Shown: piece after piece, positions 50,187 through 63,348 of the stretch
Layout of the letters: every line of letters starts with the position of its first letter
Numbering within the stretch: the first letter of the stretch is position 1
Assembly (NCBI RefSeq): GCF_006345805.1
Contig: NC_042999.1
Span: forward strand, 138,632,001 to 138,696,000
Direction of reading: 5' to 3'
Length of the DNA: 64,000 nucleotides
DNA from: Octopus sinensis
Lineage: Eukaryota
Program-made: the position numbers and the translations under genes
The notes under the pieces: model-generated
The model's input: only the letters and a program-made list of their open reading frames with translations
Database searches by the model: none
What the model was told of the DNA's origin: nothing

Positions 50187-53100
50187 CTAAATGGTATTTT
50201 GATCAATTAATTATAAAAAAAATTAACTAACTTTTTTTTTACTCGATTTCTTTAGTACAAAACTGAGTTGTTGATTGGTTAGAATCAGTTCACTTTGTCT
50301 AACGAAGTTTGATAAGTTGAAAGTTACATTATTGAGATTTAGTATTTTTGTGTTATAGAAGTAATAGAGTAAAGAGGTTTCAAATTCTAGGAAATCTTGA
50401 GAGAATGTTGAGAAAATACTTCTCAACAGTTTTAGCAATCATTGTTATTGATAAAAATAAGTTTGTGGCATTCAGAAATGGAACACTGATTAATAAACAA
50501 CTTTCATGCATTGGTAAAAACATTTTATAAGCGTTTCCATGAACATAAATTATATACACATACATATGTATATACATGTATGTTTGCATGGATGATGAGA
50601 GTGTATTTGTGAGTATATAATTTGTTGGTTAACTGAAGATTGAGTGGTTTACATTCTAAATTTGAAAAATAAACTTAAATATGATCAAACACAGACTATC
50701 ATCATCATTGTTTAACGTCTGCTTTCCATGCTAGCATGGGTTGGACGATTTGACTGAGGTCTGGCAAACCAGATGGCTGCACCAGACTGATCTGATCTGA
50801 ATGAGATTAGTCATATAGAGTGATCATTATTAAAAATATTTTCCCATTAATTATTGGCTAGTCACAGTCCAAAAAGGAAAAGTGAATGAAACAGATTTCT
50901 TATTGTACACATGTTAGAAATAAGTGTGGTTAGTTGCAGATGGGTATAGAGTATAAGAGGCATAAACATGATGTAAAATATCCTTCATCTGCCTACTGTG
51001 TGAAATCAATAAGCAATAAAAGATTGAATCATATTATGAAATAGATCAATAATTGAGCAGACTTATAATTAAATGCGCTCCATCAGTCATCACCTCACTT
51101 GTTTAGCTAAGAATGTCCAATGTTATTTCTCTAAGATAAGGTGTAAATGGAAAAAATTGGTTGTTATTTCTAGCAGCTTGAGCGACCACATAGGGGATCC
51201 TTTGGTCTGATGAGAGCTTTGTTTTTTTTTAGTTTGTGGTATTGATTACTTTGTCACAAATGCCATTATTCAACCCTCTGGCTAATGGTGTGAATCAGCA
51301 ATTGAGAACAACGTAGAAATTTTCCCAATTTGGAATTTAAGTTCTTTTAAGCATGACTAAACATTGTATAGGTAAGCTATGGCTAGAGACGTTCACTTTG
51401 CAATAATGTTAACAGTCTGTTCCTACTGCATGGTACCTTGGGCAAGTATCTTTTGCTATAACCTTGGGATGACTTGTGTCATGGGAATAAAATTTAGTAG
51501 ATGGAAACTGCAGAAGCCCAACATCTATGTGCATGTACACAATATGCACATTATGCAACTCTGTTTAAAAATTAATTTGATGAAGAAATATCATTAAAAT
51601 AATTATCAGACTGAAATAAGCACAAGTTAATAATGATTAAAATGCTTGAAAGTGGTACTTAAGCATGGCTGCAGGTAAGGACTGAAAACAGAAAAGACTA
51701 TATATGGATTTAAATAACAGGAATGTAAAACTAATAAATCTCAACAAAATACCTTATCAATAAAAGCAAAATCCACTCTGCAATATTCCAGGCAAGTAAA
51801 AGGACATTAAGTAAAAATCAATAAGTGTTCTTTAAAAGAAGATGCTTCTTTTGGATAAGGTGCTATCTATTGTCTGATGGTCAACTAACTCTTCCCAATA
51901 GCTTGGATGAATTCAAGTATTGACCCCAAATGCAAGGGAATGCCAGCAACAAATTTTGAATTACTACTACCAGCTAGTAGCCCAATATCATGACTTGACT
52001 ATTGTAACTACTTTAGCATTTTACATCTGTTTATTTTTTAGTCAATATACAACTGAAAAATACTGTCTGCAATAAAAGAAATGCAATAAATAAATAGTCA
52101 CATAAGCTGGAAATAAGCTAGCAGTTTCCAAATTCAGTTCGTCAAATTTCGTTCCTGAATTCAAGAAATTAAATAATACTTTTAGTTCACTTCAAATATA
52201 TTTTCCCCTGGTGGATCTACTCTTTCAAATTGTGGCAATCTTTCAAAAGCTGAGTTTAAGAAATCTGTTCTTTACATAATTTTGAGGAAACCAGTATACA
52301 AAATACTGAAATTTCATGAAGCTTCAGGTTTAACCGATTTTCAACTCAAGATTTCAAACGAAACAATGACATCAAGTATTACTGATGAGTTATCTTTGTT
52401 GAGTTAATAGAATCTGTCACACCATTATTCAGAAATTCTGTACTATCTAAGTGGTTATTTAATAAGTTTGTCATCATTACATAAGTATTTTAATATATAT
52501 ATATATTCATGAAATGCAAGTTTATTGAATACATCATACTTAATCATTTTTGTCTCTAAAATAATGTTATTAATATTTATAAACTTTTCGAAAAAAAAAT
52601 TCTGACAATGATGGAACAAAACTATATGAGAATAGCCAATAATTCAATATACTCAATACAAATTTGAATTTTTCTGAATTACATTTTTAATTTTAGTTAA
52701 AACCCTGTCAAATGTCTTCATTCCATAGATTGCCACCAAAAGATCTTGTGTTAACTTTCATATTCTTCCACCATCAAACTTTAAATGCCAATTCTTAATT
52801 GAACTAGATCATCTATTTTATTCCTGATTATTTCAGTTGTGATATGTTGTACAAATTAGGGCTTCTAAATACCTGTTTGTTTGAAGGTCCAGGTGTTTGT
52901 GTGAAAAATTAAAGTGACTTGCATGTAAGACCCCTCATTAGCTTATATTGTTTCACATTCCAATAACAAATTTCAAAATACTGGATATTGGAATTTCTCC
53001 TGGAAATTTTTATAACCATTGGAAACATTTCAAACCCCTTGACAATAAATCACCTGTTTCTGGTTATTAGTCAAATACTTTCAGAAGCTATTGATAAAAA

Positions 53101-54841
53101 ACATACTGTACATAATGCATTGTAAATCCTTCCACCACATATTTATTTAGAGATGAGCATGCAAGTACACACACTCGTTCACAGATATGAAACAGTGCAT
53201 GCAAATTGGTACAACTCCTCCTGTTACACAAATTTCGTTACAGTAGATTAATGATTTGTTGGTTATTTTATTAGTATTGAACAAATACATTAAAACTTGT
53301 AAACATTAAAAATAACATATTTCCATTTTTTGACAATTGTAGAATCCTGATCATTTTGTCCAGTTCATGGAAACAATTTTGATAAAAACAATTAACATAA
53401 AAACAACAGCAACAACAATTTTTAAAATGGAAAATTTTGTTTTTTCTTCCATAAAAACATTAACAATAGTCAAACAGTTTCAACATGGTTACAGATATGG
53501 TTTGCCAAGATTTTATCTTTGTGCTATCTTGCTTTGAACAAGAGGAATCACCAAATGCTCCTCAACAGGGTCACTTGGCTTGCTAAAAATAGCAGCCAAA
53601 TCTCGCTCAAATTACTGTCAGAGACAAGCACATAACCTAATGTAATTAAAAATACATGAGAATGGCAATAGTTATAGCTGAATGCCTTAATTCATAGGCC
53701 TGTTCATTTAAGGATAAGCTGTGGCTAAACAACATCAGTAGTTTAATTGCTAAAAATTTTAATGTAAATTATTTTAGATTTTACAAGCACCAATTTGAAA
53801 CAGGAAAGAGGCTCACTGAAAAAAAAAGCTTGAACCATGTAACTATCACTATTATTTCTTGGGGCAAACATTGAATCAATATAGGATACATTACTAGAGT
53901 AGCTTATCCAGCTAATAGCAAGTGCTTGATGAATTATTCAATTAGAACTGCAAGATCAATTGATACCTAATTTGAAAAGAAATGACAAGTGGTCTGTCAT
54001 GTAATTAGTATCAGTCATCTGGTGAGTAATCGGAGATGCATAAAGACTAGAATTCCCTCTCTGAATGTTGTGGCTTTATTACTTTTTGTCTTAAATTGAT
54101 CTAATTTTAAAAAATTAGCAGGGTCAGGATACAAATGATTGAATTAACTTTCCTCCAAATAAAGAGGATTCTAGCAAGATCTGAACTCAGACAAGTAGAA
54201 GAGTGGAACTAAATAGTTCCATTTTTAGCTTAATACATTTTTGCTCAAGGTGCAGTCAATTATATTAGTTTTATTTTTATTGACCTCAGTGCGATTTGAA
54301 CTCAGAATAGAAAGGGACATAACCAAATACTACAAAGAAATTAATCCAACAGTCTGCTGAATCTGGTACACCAGAATCCAAATACTATCCTAAGTTTATT
54401 ACATTGTAAGGGACTTAGTTTAGATGCCATTTACTACAACGCCAGTCTCATAATACAGCTTTAGCAAGCTACATGGCAGTTTACTTTACTCAACTAAGAA
54501 AATAAAAATATCATTGCTTGATTGGAGAATAGTTGGCAATAATTAAGAAAATCTTTCTAGGAAATAGCTATCCAAATAATTTATGTGTTGAGATATGATT
54601 GTGGGGAAAACAAGGCTTTTAGCCAAATTTCATCATAAAAAAGTGAATCAGTTGTAAAATATTCTCAGATATTGCACAGAGTAAATAGTGGACCATTATT
54701 AAAACTATTTCTCCTCAATTTTAACTTTGAAAGTTAAGACTATAGGTGCGATTGATATTTTTGCTTTACCCCAAGGTATACCTAAAAATATCAGTTGAGT
54801 TTACTTCTTATTGTCAATAGTTAACAAGTATAAACACTTAC

Positions 54842-54955
54842 CTGGAGTTGGGTCAGTGTCTGTATCTGCCCAGTTCTGCAAGACACGGAAAGATGGTGAT
54901 GGAATGTGCTTTCCTTTATATCGGATCGATGCTTCACAATAATTACCAACACCAT
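54842..54955 (-). CDS. Coding exon B: (D)GVGNYCEASIRYKGKHIPSPSFRVLQNWADTDTDPTP
   Basis: Long poly-T tract then cttctctcatttcAG| acceptor, and |GTAAGT donor. 114 nt, phase 1-1, contains the motif. Confidence 0.9.
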
Positions 54956-54971
54956 CTGAAATGAGAGAAGA

Positions 54972-55007
<36 letters not shown>

Positions 55008-55225
55008 TATAATTCCCAGAATTATAATTTTTCAACTAGATAGATACAATACATAAATTCAAAAGGTTCTAAGATAAAATTAATATAAATTAATAAAAAG
55101 GATCAATAAAAATATTATAAGAGGTAATACTTTCAACAAATATCACCTACAAAAAGAATGTGATTGTCAATATATTATGACAGTTTAAGGCTGTTCAAAT
55201 ATCAGTAAAACCAGACCTATGGATA

Positions 55226-55953
55226 GTTAGTTAGTTAATTTGGCTCAAAAGCAAATAGCAAGGCCATGTAGGGGGACATGGAGTTAAGTACAGGGTGGTG
55301 TTCATGTAAAGAGTTCAGGCCACTTGAGGTCCAGGGAGGCTTTGAACAAAGCGGTCGTCGGCATCTTCACCATCTCGTCTGGCAGCTTGTTCCACGGATC
55401 CGCAACCCGGACGGAGAAAGCTCCTCTCCTTCGATTGAGATGAAATCGTCGCAGGTAGAGCTTTTCGGAATGACCCTGCAGCCGACGCTCTGGAGCAGGA
55501 GTGAAGAACAGCTCTTTCGAGATGTTACACTTTCCGCTTATGATGTTGTGGGCGAGAATGAGATCACCACGGCGGCGGCGTTTTTCAAGAGAATAAAGGT
55601 CGAGCGTCCTCAGCCTTTCTTCGTAGGACAAATTTTTGAGACCATGAACCATGCGGGTAGCCAGCTTCTGGACTCTTTCGAGATGCTGTATGTCTTTGAG
55701 GAGATAAGGAGAAGAGGCTTGAATCCCATACTCCAATATGGGTCTCACCAGCGTGACAGAGTGGTAGGAATATGGCTGCTGTGAGCATTCCGAATGACCG
55801 TCGAATCAAGAACAGAATTCCGCGTGCTTTGTTGGCAGCATGGACGCACTGGGCCGAAGGCGAAAAGGAGGAATCCACCAAGATACTCAGGTCCTTTACC
55901 TGATCGGTCCTCTCCAGCAGCAGACGACCCGGCTCGAAATCAAGTGAGTTGCA
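55226..55953 (-). mobile_element. 5'-truncated CR1-clade LINE (RT thumb/C-terminus plus short 3'UTR with (TAAC)n tail)
   Basis: RPILEYGIQASSPYLLKDIQHLERVQKLATRMV..LSYEERL..L.LYSLEKRRRRGDLI..RLQGHS.KL...FSVRVADPWNKLP. One frameshift near 55750. GC-rich relative to flanks. Possible 5-bp TSD GGATA at 55221-55225 and 55954-55958. Confidence 0.92.
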
Positions 55954-58001
55954 GGATAAATACATATATTTATTCATTCTATGAAAGCATTAAACAAATG
56001 CTAGTTCCAGTGGAGCAGCATTTTTGAAATGGAATGGAATGTAAATTGCTCTACTAAGCTTTGTTTAAAGCACAGTCCTTGTGGCCAAATTCTCTGCAAA
56101 AGTTTTAAATCTCAGGCTACATTAAGTTGAAGCCATTCTGCTATTAACTTGAATTGTAACACTAAATTTCTGATGGGACAACCACAGCAACAAAAGTCTT
56201 AGAACATTTTGTGAATCCAGAAGCTATGTGCATTACAAGCATTACATGCTTTCACAGTTATAACTTATGAAATTACATAAAATTAGAATTTATTGTATTC
56301 TCTCCCTCCCTCCATCTCATCCAATGTGTCCTTCCTTTTTTTAAACTGGATGATGTTATTTGAAGGAGATTTGAGTGCTGTTTCTAGAAGGTTGAGCCCT
56401 TACACAAAGGCTCCAATGTTGGCCCAGTCATATGTATATATAAAAAAGTTGTTTGTATATTTGTCAATGAGGTGATGGTGACTGTTGCAAATACAGCATA
56501 TGTGGTGAATGCAGGGTTGTAGTGGCACTATGTAGTGGAACTGAACTATTAGTAGGCATAGGTTATTATCAAATCATCTAATTTACTTTCTTTTCATTTC
56601 TTCCTATGATTGTCATGTGTCAGATATATGAATGTCAGCAGAAAATAACCAAGAGACATTTGTTGAAATTCTCACATTGTTTATTCCTCATATCAACTGA
56701 TCCATCTATTCTACTATCAAACAGTTCTGCTGTCATCATTATCCAGTCTTGTTCAAAATTTAAGTGAGAGTATATCATCCAATGTGTCTTTCCTTTATGG
56801 TAGTGAAGTGAAATTTCAAATATTTGGCTTTGATTTCTAACCATTTGATTGATTTCACAGAAGCTCCCTCATGGTTTGTAGTTAAAGACATTGATATGAT
56901 CAATGCAAAACTGTTTTTTTCATCATTCTTATCTATATCCAAGTATGATGGTCAGCTAAGATCAAACCAGCTCTCCTCAAGCCTGCTTTTGCCTCCTCGC
57001 CTAACCCTTTACCACTTAAAAGAATTTTATTCCATTACCTGGCCTTACAAGTGTAGGTTTTTTGGTTTTTGTGAAAGACTTTGACACATAGTTGCAGCTT
57101 AATTTATCATGGCTAAGATAAATTTCCAGACTAGTAATCTTATATTTAGAATTTATATTTACAATATATCTAAACCGGATTTTAATTGACCTGATTTCTG
57201 TTATCAAGTTTTACTTTCTGCATGATCCCAGACTGGATTAGAACTTTCTCCATATCTACGGTCAATCTGGTCTTTCTACTTCATTAATGTCAACCTCTAT
57301 ATAAATTAGTGAAAAGGTCGTTAATCAATATTTCTAGATTACAAGAGTGGTAGATATGCAAGTGATTATGTGAATGGATACTACAGTGTAAATGTGAGCA
57401 AACGTGTGAATGAGCAAATATAAATGTACATAGGAATTTTTGTGCGAAGGGACATAACTCTTTTCTATTCCTAAACTAAAGTTACAAGTCGATTTGATTC
57501 CATAATCCCAATACCAATTTAGCTGCAAATGATCAGTTGTCCGACGACAGCTTTAAAGAAAGAAAAGGAGATTAACACCACCATGTGGTACCAGGGGTCA
57601 TTATCAAACTTTCATTCTCTCCTTCTGCATTCTTTCCTGCCAATGTCAGGCTGGGCAGTTTGCAACATTAATCCCACCAGCCAATGGTGATCTGCCCTAT
57701 CCCTCTTTACCTGATTAATTTAAAAGAAATGGAAATTATTTGCTTTGTGCAGTTAAAAAGTCATTAAAAAATGCAATTTATTCGAAATTATTTTAATCTG
57801 TTCTTATCTCAGAATCAACAAATTGTAGGCAAGCCAATGAGGCAAGATTGATCCTCCAATCTACTAGAAATAGCAACTAATTCTCCCTCAAACTCTTACT
57901 AAAGAATAGAGCATAATGTGGTCTGAGATAAAAGGAAAAGATGATGATCAAGATGAGAATGGGCTGAGGTAGGGAAAAAAAAAAATGTAGTTAACACTAA
58001 C

Positions 58002-58178
58002 CTTCATCTTGAGTGTCTTGTGATGAGACTTCATCTTGACTATCTGATACAGTTAAATTCTGCAACATTTTAAAAGACTTGGACGGAATATCACGCTTAC
58101 TATGGAGACCAGAGAATCTCATTTCATCATCTTCAGAGTTGTGACGCAGTAGTGGGTTCTTCTGTTTCTTACGAGACA
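58002..58178 (-). CDS. Coding exon A: xSRKKQKNPLLRHNSEDDEMRFSGLHSKRDIPSKSFKMLQNLTVSDSQDEVSSQDTQDE
   Basis: ataccattttcttTAG| acceptor and G|GTTAGT donor. 177 nt, phase 1-1, contains the motif with a 4-aa insertion. Confidence 0.85.
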
Positions 58179-59505
58179 CTAAAGAAAATGGTATAAATCA
58201 TTAATATCACCCATAAGAACTTGTTTTCACACAGTAAAAAGGCACTTTATGGAGGATGAAAGAGCTATCATCAATTGACTCAACACTAATATATTACCAT
58301 AAGCTATTTTATCAATGGATCAGCTACTAGTAAGATTGAAGTGGTACAGAGAAAACCAAATTCTGTAGGCAAGATTTTTAATCCTATATAATAAATGATT
58401 GTTATATAGTAGCACCAGGCTACATTTGTAAGAGAGGAGTATACTTAATTGAATGTACCTCAAATATTACACAACTTAATATCTCCTCACACATAATAAT
58501 CAAAAAGCCATGCTTTTTATGGGAGAAGTATTGTTGATTAAACTGATCTAGAAAGGATAAAATGCAAAGCTGATTTTGAAGACAAACTTGAGGCATATAT
58601 TTTTCCAATACTAATTCTGGCACCTTATAGACTTGCAATAATAATTAGGATTTCTGTTTTATTTTGATCAGTGATTATAGTCAATGAAATCAAAACTTAT
58701 TTTTTCAACAACAAAAGTATGAAACCCAGATATAAAGTGAAGCTTGAAGTTAAAGGTAATTAAATTTATCAGGCAATTTTGTTCATCACTGTATTGACCA
58801 AGTCTGCCACTCATTACCCTAATAACAATTTCTAACATTACTATAAAGCTAAACAATTGACTAGAAAATTAAAAGCCAGAATCAACTGCAAAATTATGAA
58901 ATGTGTAGTACAAAGCTAACAAACACAAACAAAAAGATCTTCACTGATTGTACAAACTTACCCAGCTTACTGTTTTTAAAAAATAAATTTCCATTTCTAT
59001 ATACACAAAAGATGATATTTTAAGATAATTACGATTTTCTTGAGAGAATGTTAATAATGCTGAAATTAAAATGCAGTTAATTCAGCTTGCCAGGAGCCTT
59101 CTCAACTCTAGGAACTAAGAAACACATCGTGTACATTTTAGTAGAATATGAATACAGATAGGAGTTTAAATGTTACTATGCCCTGTGTTCCATCCTGTAG
59201 CAAGGCACATTGCCTGTTAGAAAAGTTTCACATCAGTTTCAGATAGGTGCTAAATGTTAAGTGCATCCAACATAAAGAAAAATGACAATTCCTCCAACAA
59301 AATCAGAACCTATATCATACAATGCCATTCATGGTAATACAGAAAACAGTGAAAAACAGGAAACATCCTTGCAAGAATGATTTCTTAAACAAGATGAAAT
59401 AGACAAACTAAAAAAATACATAAAAATAAAAGAAAAACTGATGCAGGAAATAAAAATTTAAATAAAAAAATGCATGCAAATATTCAATTAGAATTTACAC
59501 TTTAA

Positions 59506-59702
59506 CCCTTTAGCATTTAAACTGGTCATATCCAGTCCAAATATTCTGTTTTGTATTAAAACCAGCTAGATCTGGCCTCTCTACAATCATTCTAAAAATA
59601 TACAAAATTTAAATCTCAAAGCTACAAGATAATGTATGATAAATTCAAACAATGTGAATAAATAATCATTCCATTTGACAGAATAATTTGAATGCTAAAG
59701 GG
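59506..59702. mobile_element. piggyBac-type MITE with TTAA TSD
   Basis: TTAA-CCCTTTAGCATT...AATGCTAAAGGG-TTAA. Confidence 0.88.
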
Positions 59703-60732
59703 TTAAAATAAGCAAACTGACAATCTTTCAAAAGAGGTTTCAGTCATTGGACTGTGGCTATCTTTCGTCACAGACCATAGAAACCCAATATAAAAACAAA
59801 TGGTTTTTAGAGCAGTGAAAAAACAAACACTATATGGTAGGTGAAAAAAATTCTGAAGGAATTCAAATATATTTCTAGAAATCAAGTGGCTTATCATAAG
59901 GGATTAACTATTTCAAGAATCTAATAAAATGAAATATGATCAGAGAGCATCTAAAATTTAAAAACGTTTTATATTGGTCATGAAAACTATATAGGAAGTG
60001 GTATAAGGTTTATGACAAAAATTAAGATACAAAGTTTTGTATAAAAAAGCTCGAGTTTTTTGGTAATGAACTAAAATTAGTTTAGCCAATTAATATAAAA
60101 TCTCCAAAAACAAGAGCAAATTATACAATACAAAATATTTGATTGCAATTAATTGTACAATAAAAATTAAATTTTAGCATTAAAGAGTTAACGACATACT
60201 AAGCTATATAGTGTGCTAATATTGATTTCCATTTGCCACACAAAACAATTTAAATTAATTTAAGTGGTAACTGGTGATAAAAATATAGACTCAAAAACCA
60301 AAGAACTAAACTTAGAATTTTTAAAATCCTATCGCAGTAACACCCATATAAAGTAACAAGTTGTTTCAATGTTGTATGTATGGTGTGATGTTATGTGATA
60401 CATTATATCGCATAAGGGATAGTGAGTGATGGAATTAAAGAAAAATCATGACGAGCGCGAAGGTTATAGTGGTACTGATTAAATCAAGTTTGCTACCAAA
60501 GCATAATATCACAACTTTTTTTTTTTTTGTGTGTATGTATTTTATTTCTCCAAATGAATGAAGAGGTTACACAAGTTGATATATCAGGGAGCTAAAGTAA
60601 AAACTGAAAAGGCTATTTTGATGTGATGAAACTAGGTTCAAGAAATTTTGTCTCTTGCTATACCTTCACAAAAACAGCAAATAACTAAATTTTGTCTAGG
60701 CAATATTAAAGTCATCTCCCTTGGTTATGGTT

Positions 60733-60770
<38 letters not shown>

Positions 60771-63036
60771 AATCATTAGAGGGAATTTTGACTAGGAATT
60801 AATCTAGGTTAAGTTTTTTTTTTTAAAACTATATAAGTTGGAGCCCTTACACTGTAACAGAAGTTGAAAAGCACTGAGGTTTACCAGTTTTAGCACAAAG
60901 ATTTGGAAGAATTAGTTCTCTGGTAATTTTCTTCCATGAAAATAAATATTTGTGGCAAACTCTTATAAAATGACAATGTTCTAAAAGATGTACATTTAGA
61001 TGTAAACTAGCAGTCACAGAATTCAAATATGGGTAAGGTGCGTCTTAGCATTAAGCACTCATCTGCTGATGGATGCTATTATTTACGTATATAGTCATTG
61101 CAACATTATTTTCAAAACAGGACACCCTTCTTACCTCTAACTACCTAACTTATAAGTTATGAGGGGAAACAGGTTTATCATCCAGGTAAACTGAAACTTG
61201 CAATAATGGATAAGTAAGTAGTAGAATTTGAACTCATGACTATAGAGTCAAAAGTTTTTCATCATAACTAATTGCTTTATTAACTTTAAATGAAGTAAAA
61301 TAAAAATTAACTGACAACAGCAAATAATAAAAAAAGCTGTTTCAAAATAAAACAGTCAAAACAAAACAGCATGACTATAAAAGAGATGAAAATTTGTCAA
61401 GGGACAATAGAAAACAAAAATCCTAAAGACAACTACTTCTAGTATAAGGCTTAAATTACATAAGTGTTGGGTTTTTAGAAACTGTTTAAGCAATCATTAT
61501 GAAATGCCTCAATGAAGGAAAAAAAAATGTACAATCACAACCCTGTTTGACAGAATTGGTATAAAGGAATTAAAGGGCAAGGAAGGTAGATAGTCCCAGA
61601 CTAAGAATGCAGTTTTAAAAAAGCTTTAAAAATACTCAGAAACTGCTTTAAGCAGAAACTGACACCCATGCAAAATCCTGGCAAATTAATCTGCAGGAGG
61701 AAAAGGATTACTTATGTTTAAGTCGCCCATTAGACCTCCCATTCACATCACCAGGGAATGTTTAGAAATGAAATGGTTGGAGAGTAGCGTATTGTGGTGT
61801 CATGTCTCACATGTATGTATATGGGATTTTAGGAAAACAGCCCACAGTGGTCTGGAGTAATACAGTTTGAAATGGCTGGTGTTAAGTAGCATAGGAATAA
61901 AAGCAAGTAGTCTAGAATATAGTGGCTGAGTGCAGTCTGAAATGGAATATTACAGACTGGAATGATCTGGTATGTAATGGTAAAATAAAAATTATTGGTG
62001 TAGAATTATCTGGAGAAATGTTAACTGAAGCAGGAGTTAGTAAGTGGCGTGGCTTGATATTGACTGAAGTTTATAACTGAAAAGTATTAAGTGCTTAAGT
62101 TCAATGAAGCATATCAGTGTGGTATAGTCTTGGCATATATGTTCTGGTATGATATAAAGTTATACATATGAATGCCTTTATTTTTAAATTGCAAGATGCT
62201 TTCTGAGTATATTTTATAGTAAGTATGCAGTGTGGATATTCAGGGCACACAGAGGGAATATGCAATAGAGCTACCTCTACTGCATTATATAAGTGTTACA
62301 TGAGTGATTTGGTGGTAGATAATATGGGTGTGTATGTAGATGCTAATAGTACTGTAGAATATGATACATGATATGAAGATGTTAGAAAAAATGAGGCGAA
62401 AACTGAATGAGAGATAGCAAAAACAAAATATGGAACAAAGCTGAAAAGCACAAGCTTTTCCTCCACCTAAATATAACACGAAATAAATCTAAAAATTGTG
62501 GAGGTAAATATGGAAAAGCAAAAGTATCACCATATTGATCTGATGGTCTTAAATGTAATAAATATCAAAATAAATCTTTTTAACAAACATTGTAAAGGAA
62601 GGAAAAAATGAATTACAGATCTGGATTGTGTTGAAGTGTGTTAATACATCAACGTATCACAGATTTTCCAGTAATTTTCATTATAACCAGTACCAATCAA
62701 TTATTCTTGTTGAGATCATAAACTTAACACCACCACCTGATCCTTAAATAGTAATAACGTATTATATGATCTTTGAGGACCTTTACAAGCACTTTTCCAG
62801 CTAACACTGACCTTTAGATGCCCCCCATCATCATAGTGAATCTAGTGCAACATTAATCATCTTGATACCTTTCAGACATAGGGATAAAGCTGGAATGCCA
62901 TAACTATGCATTGTTATGGATCTGATTAGTCAGGAATGACTTGGTACTAAACGATTTCACGCCAATCTCGTAACTATATTCAACATTAATGCACATTTTC
63001 ATCACCTCATAAAAACATTGCTTAGACATAGTATAA

Positions 63037-63348
63037 AAAAACGATAAACGTCACCCTTTTCAAGCCTAGCCAGGTTCATGGGCCTGGTTTCCCGGTTTCT
63101 GTGGCATATGTGTTCCCGCCAGCTGAATGGGACACCAGTCCATCGCAGCATTACTCAAGAAACAAGAAGAAAGAGAGAAAGTTGTGGCAAAAGAGTACAA
63201 CAAGGGTCGCCACCACCCCCTGCTAGAGCCTCGTGGAGCTTTTTAGGTGTTTTTGCTCAAGACACACACACAACACCCGGTCTGGGAATCGAAACCACGA
63301 TCCTCCAACCGTGAATCACCTCTAACTACTGGGCCATTGCACCTCCAC
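63037..63348 (-). mobile_element. tRNA-headed SINE with V-SINE-like central motif and 14-bp TSD
   Basis: Head gtggaggtgcaatggcccagtagttag...ggtttcgattccc, central gctgcgatggactggtgtccc. TAGACATAGTATAA at 63023-63036 and 63349-63362. Confidence 0.8.

Noticed and set aside
55278-56027. Plus-strand ORFs of 168 and 77 aa
   Set aside because: Antisense shadows of the GC-rich CR1 fragment.
57016-57207. 63-aa ORF ending at a phase-1 donor-like CCAG|GTAATG as an extra exon of the motif gene
   Set aside because: No phase-1 acceptor with a pyrimidine tract, no motif and non-coding-like composition.
61760-62200. Faint short-period G/T/A-rich periodicity (gagta/gtgta/gaata-like)
   Set aside because: Too degenerate to define a unit by eye; probably old simple-repeat decay.
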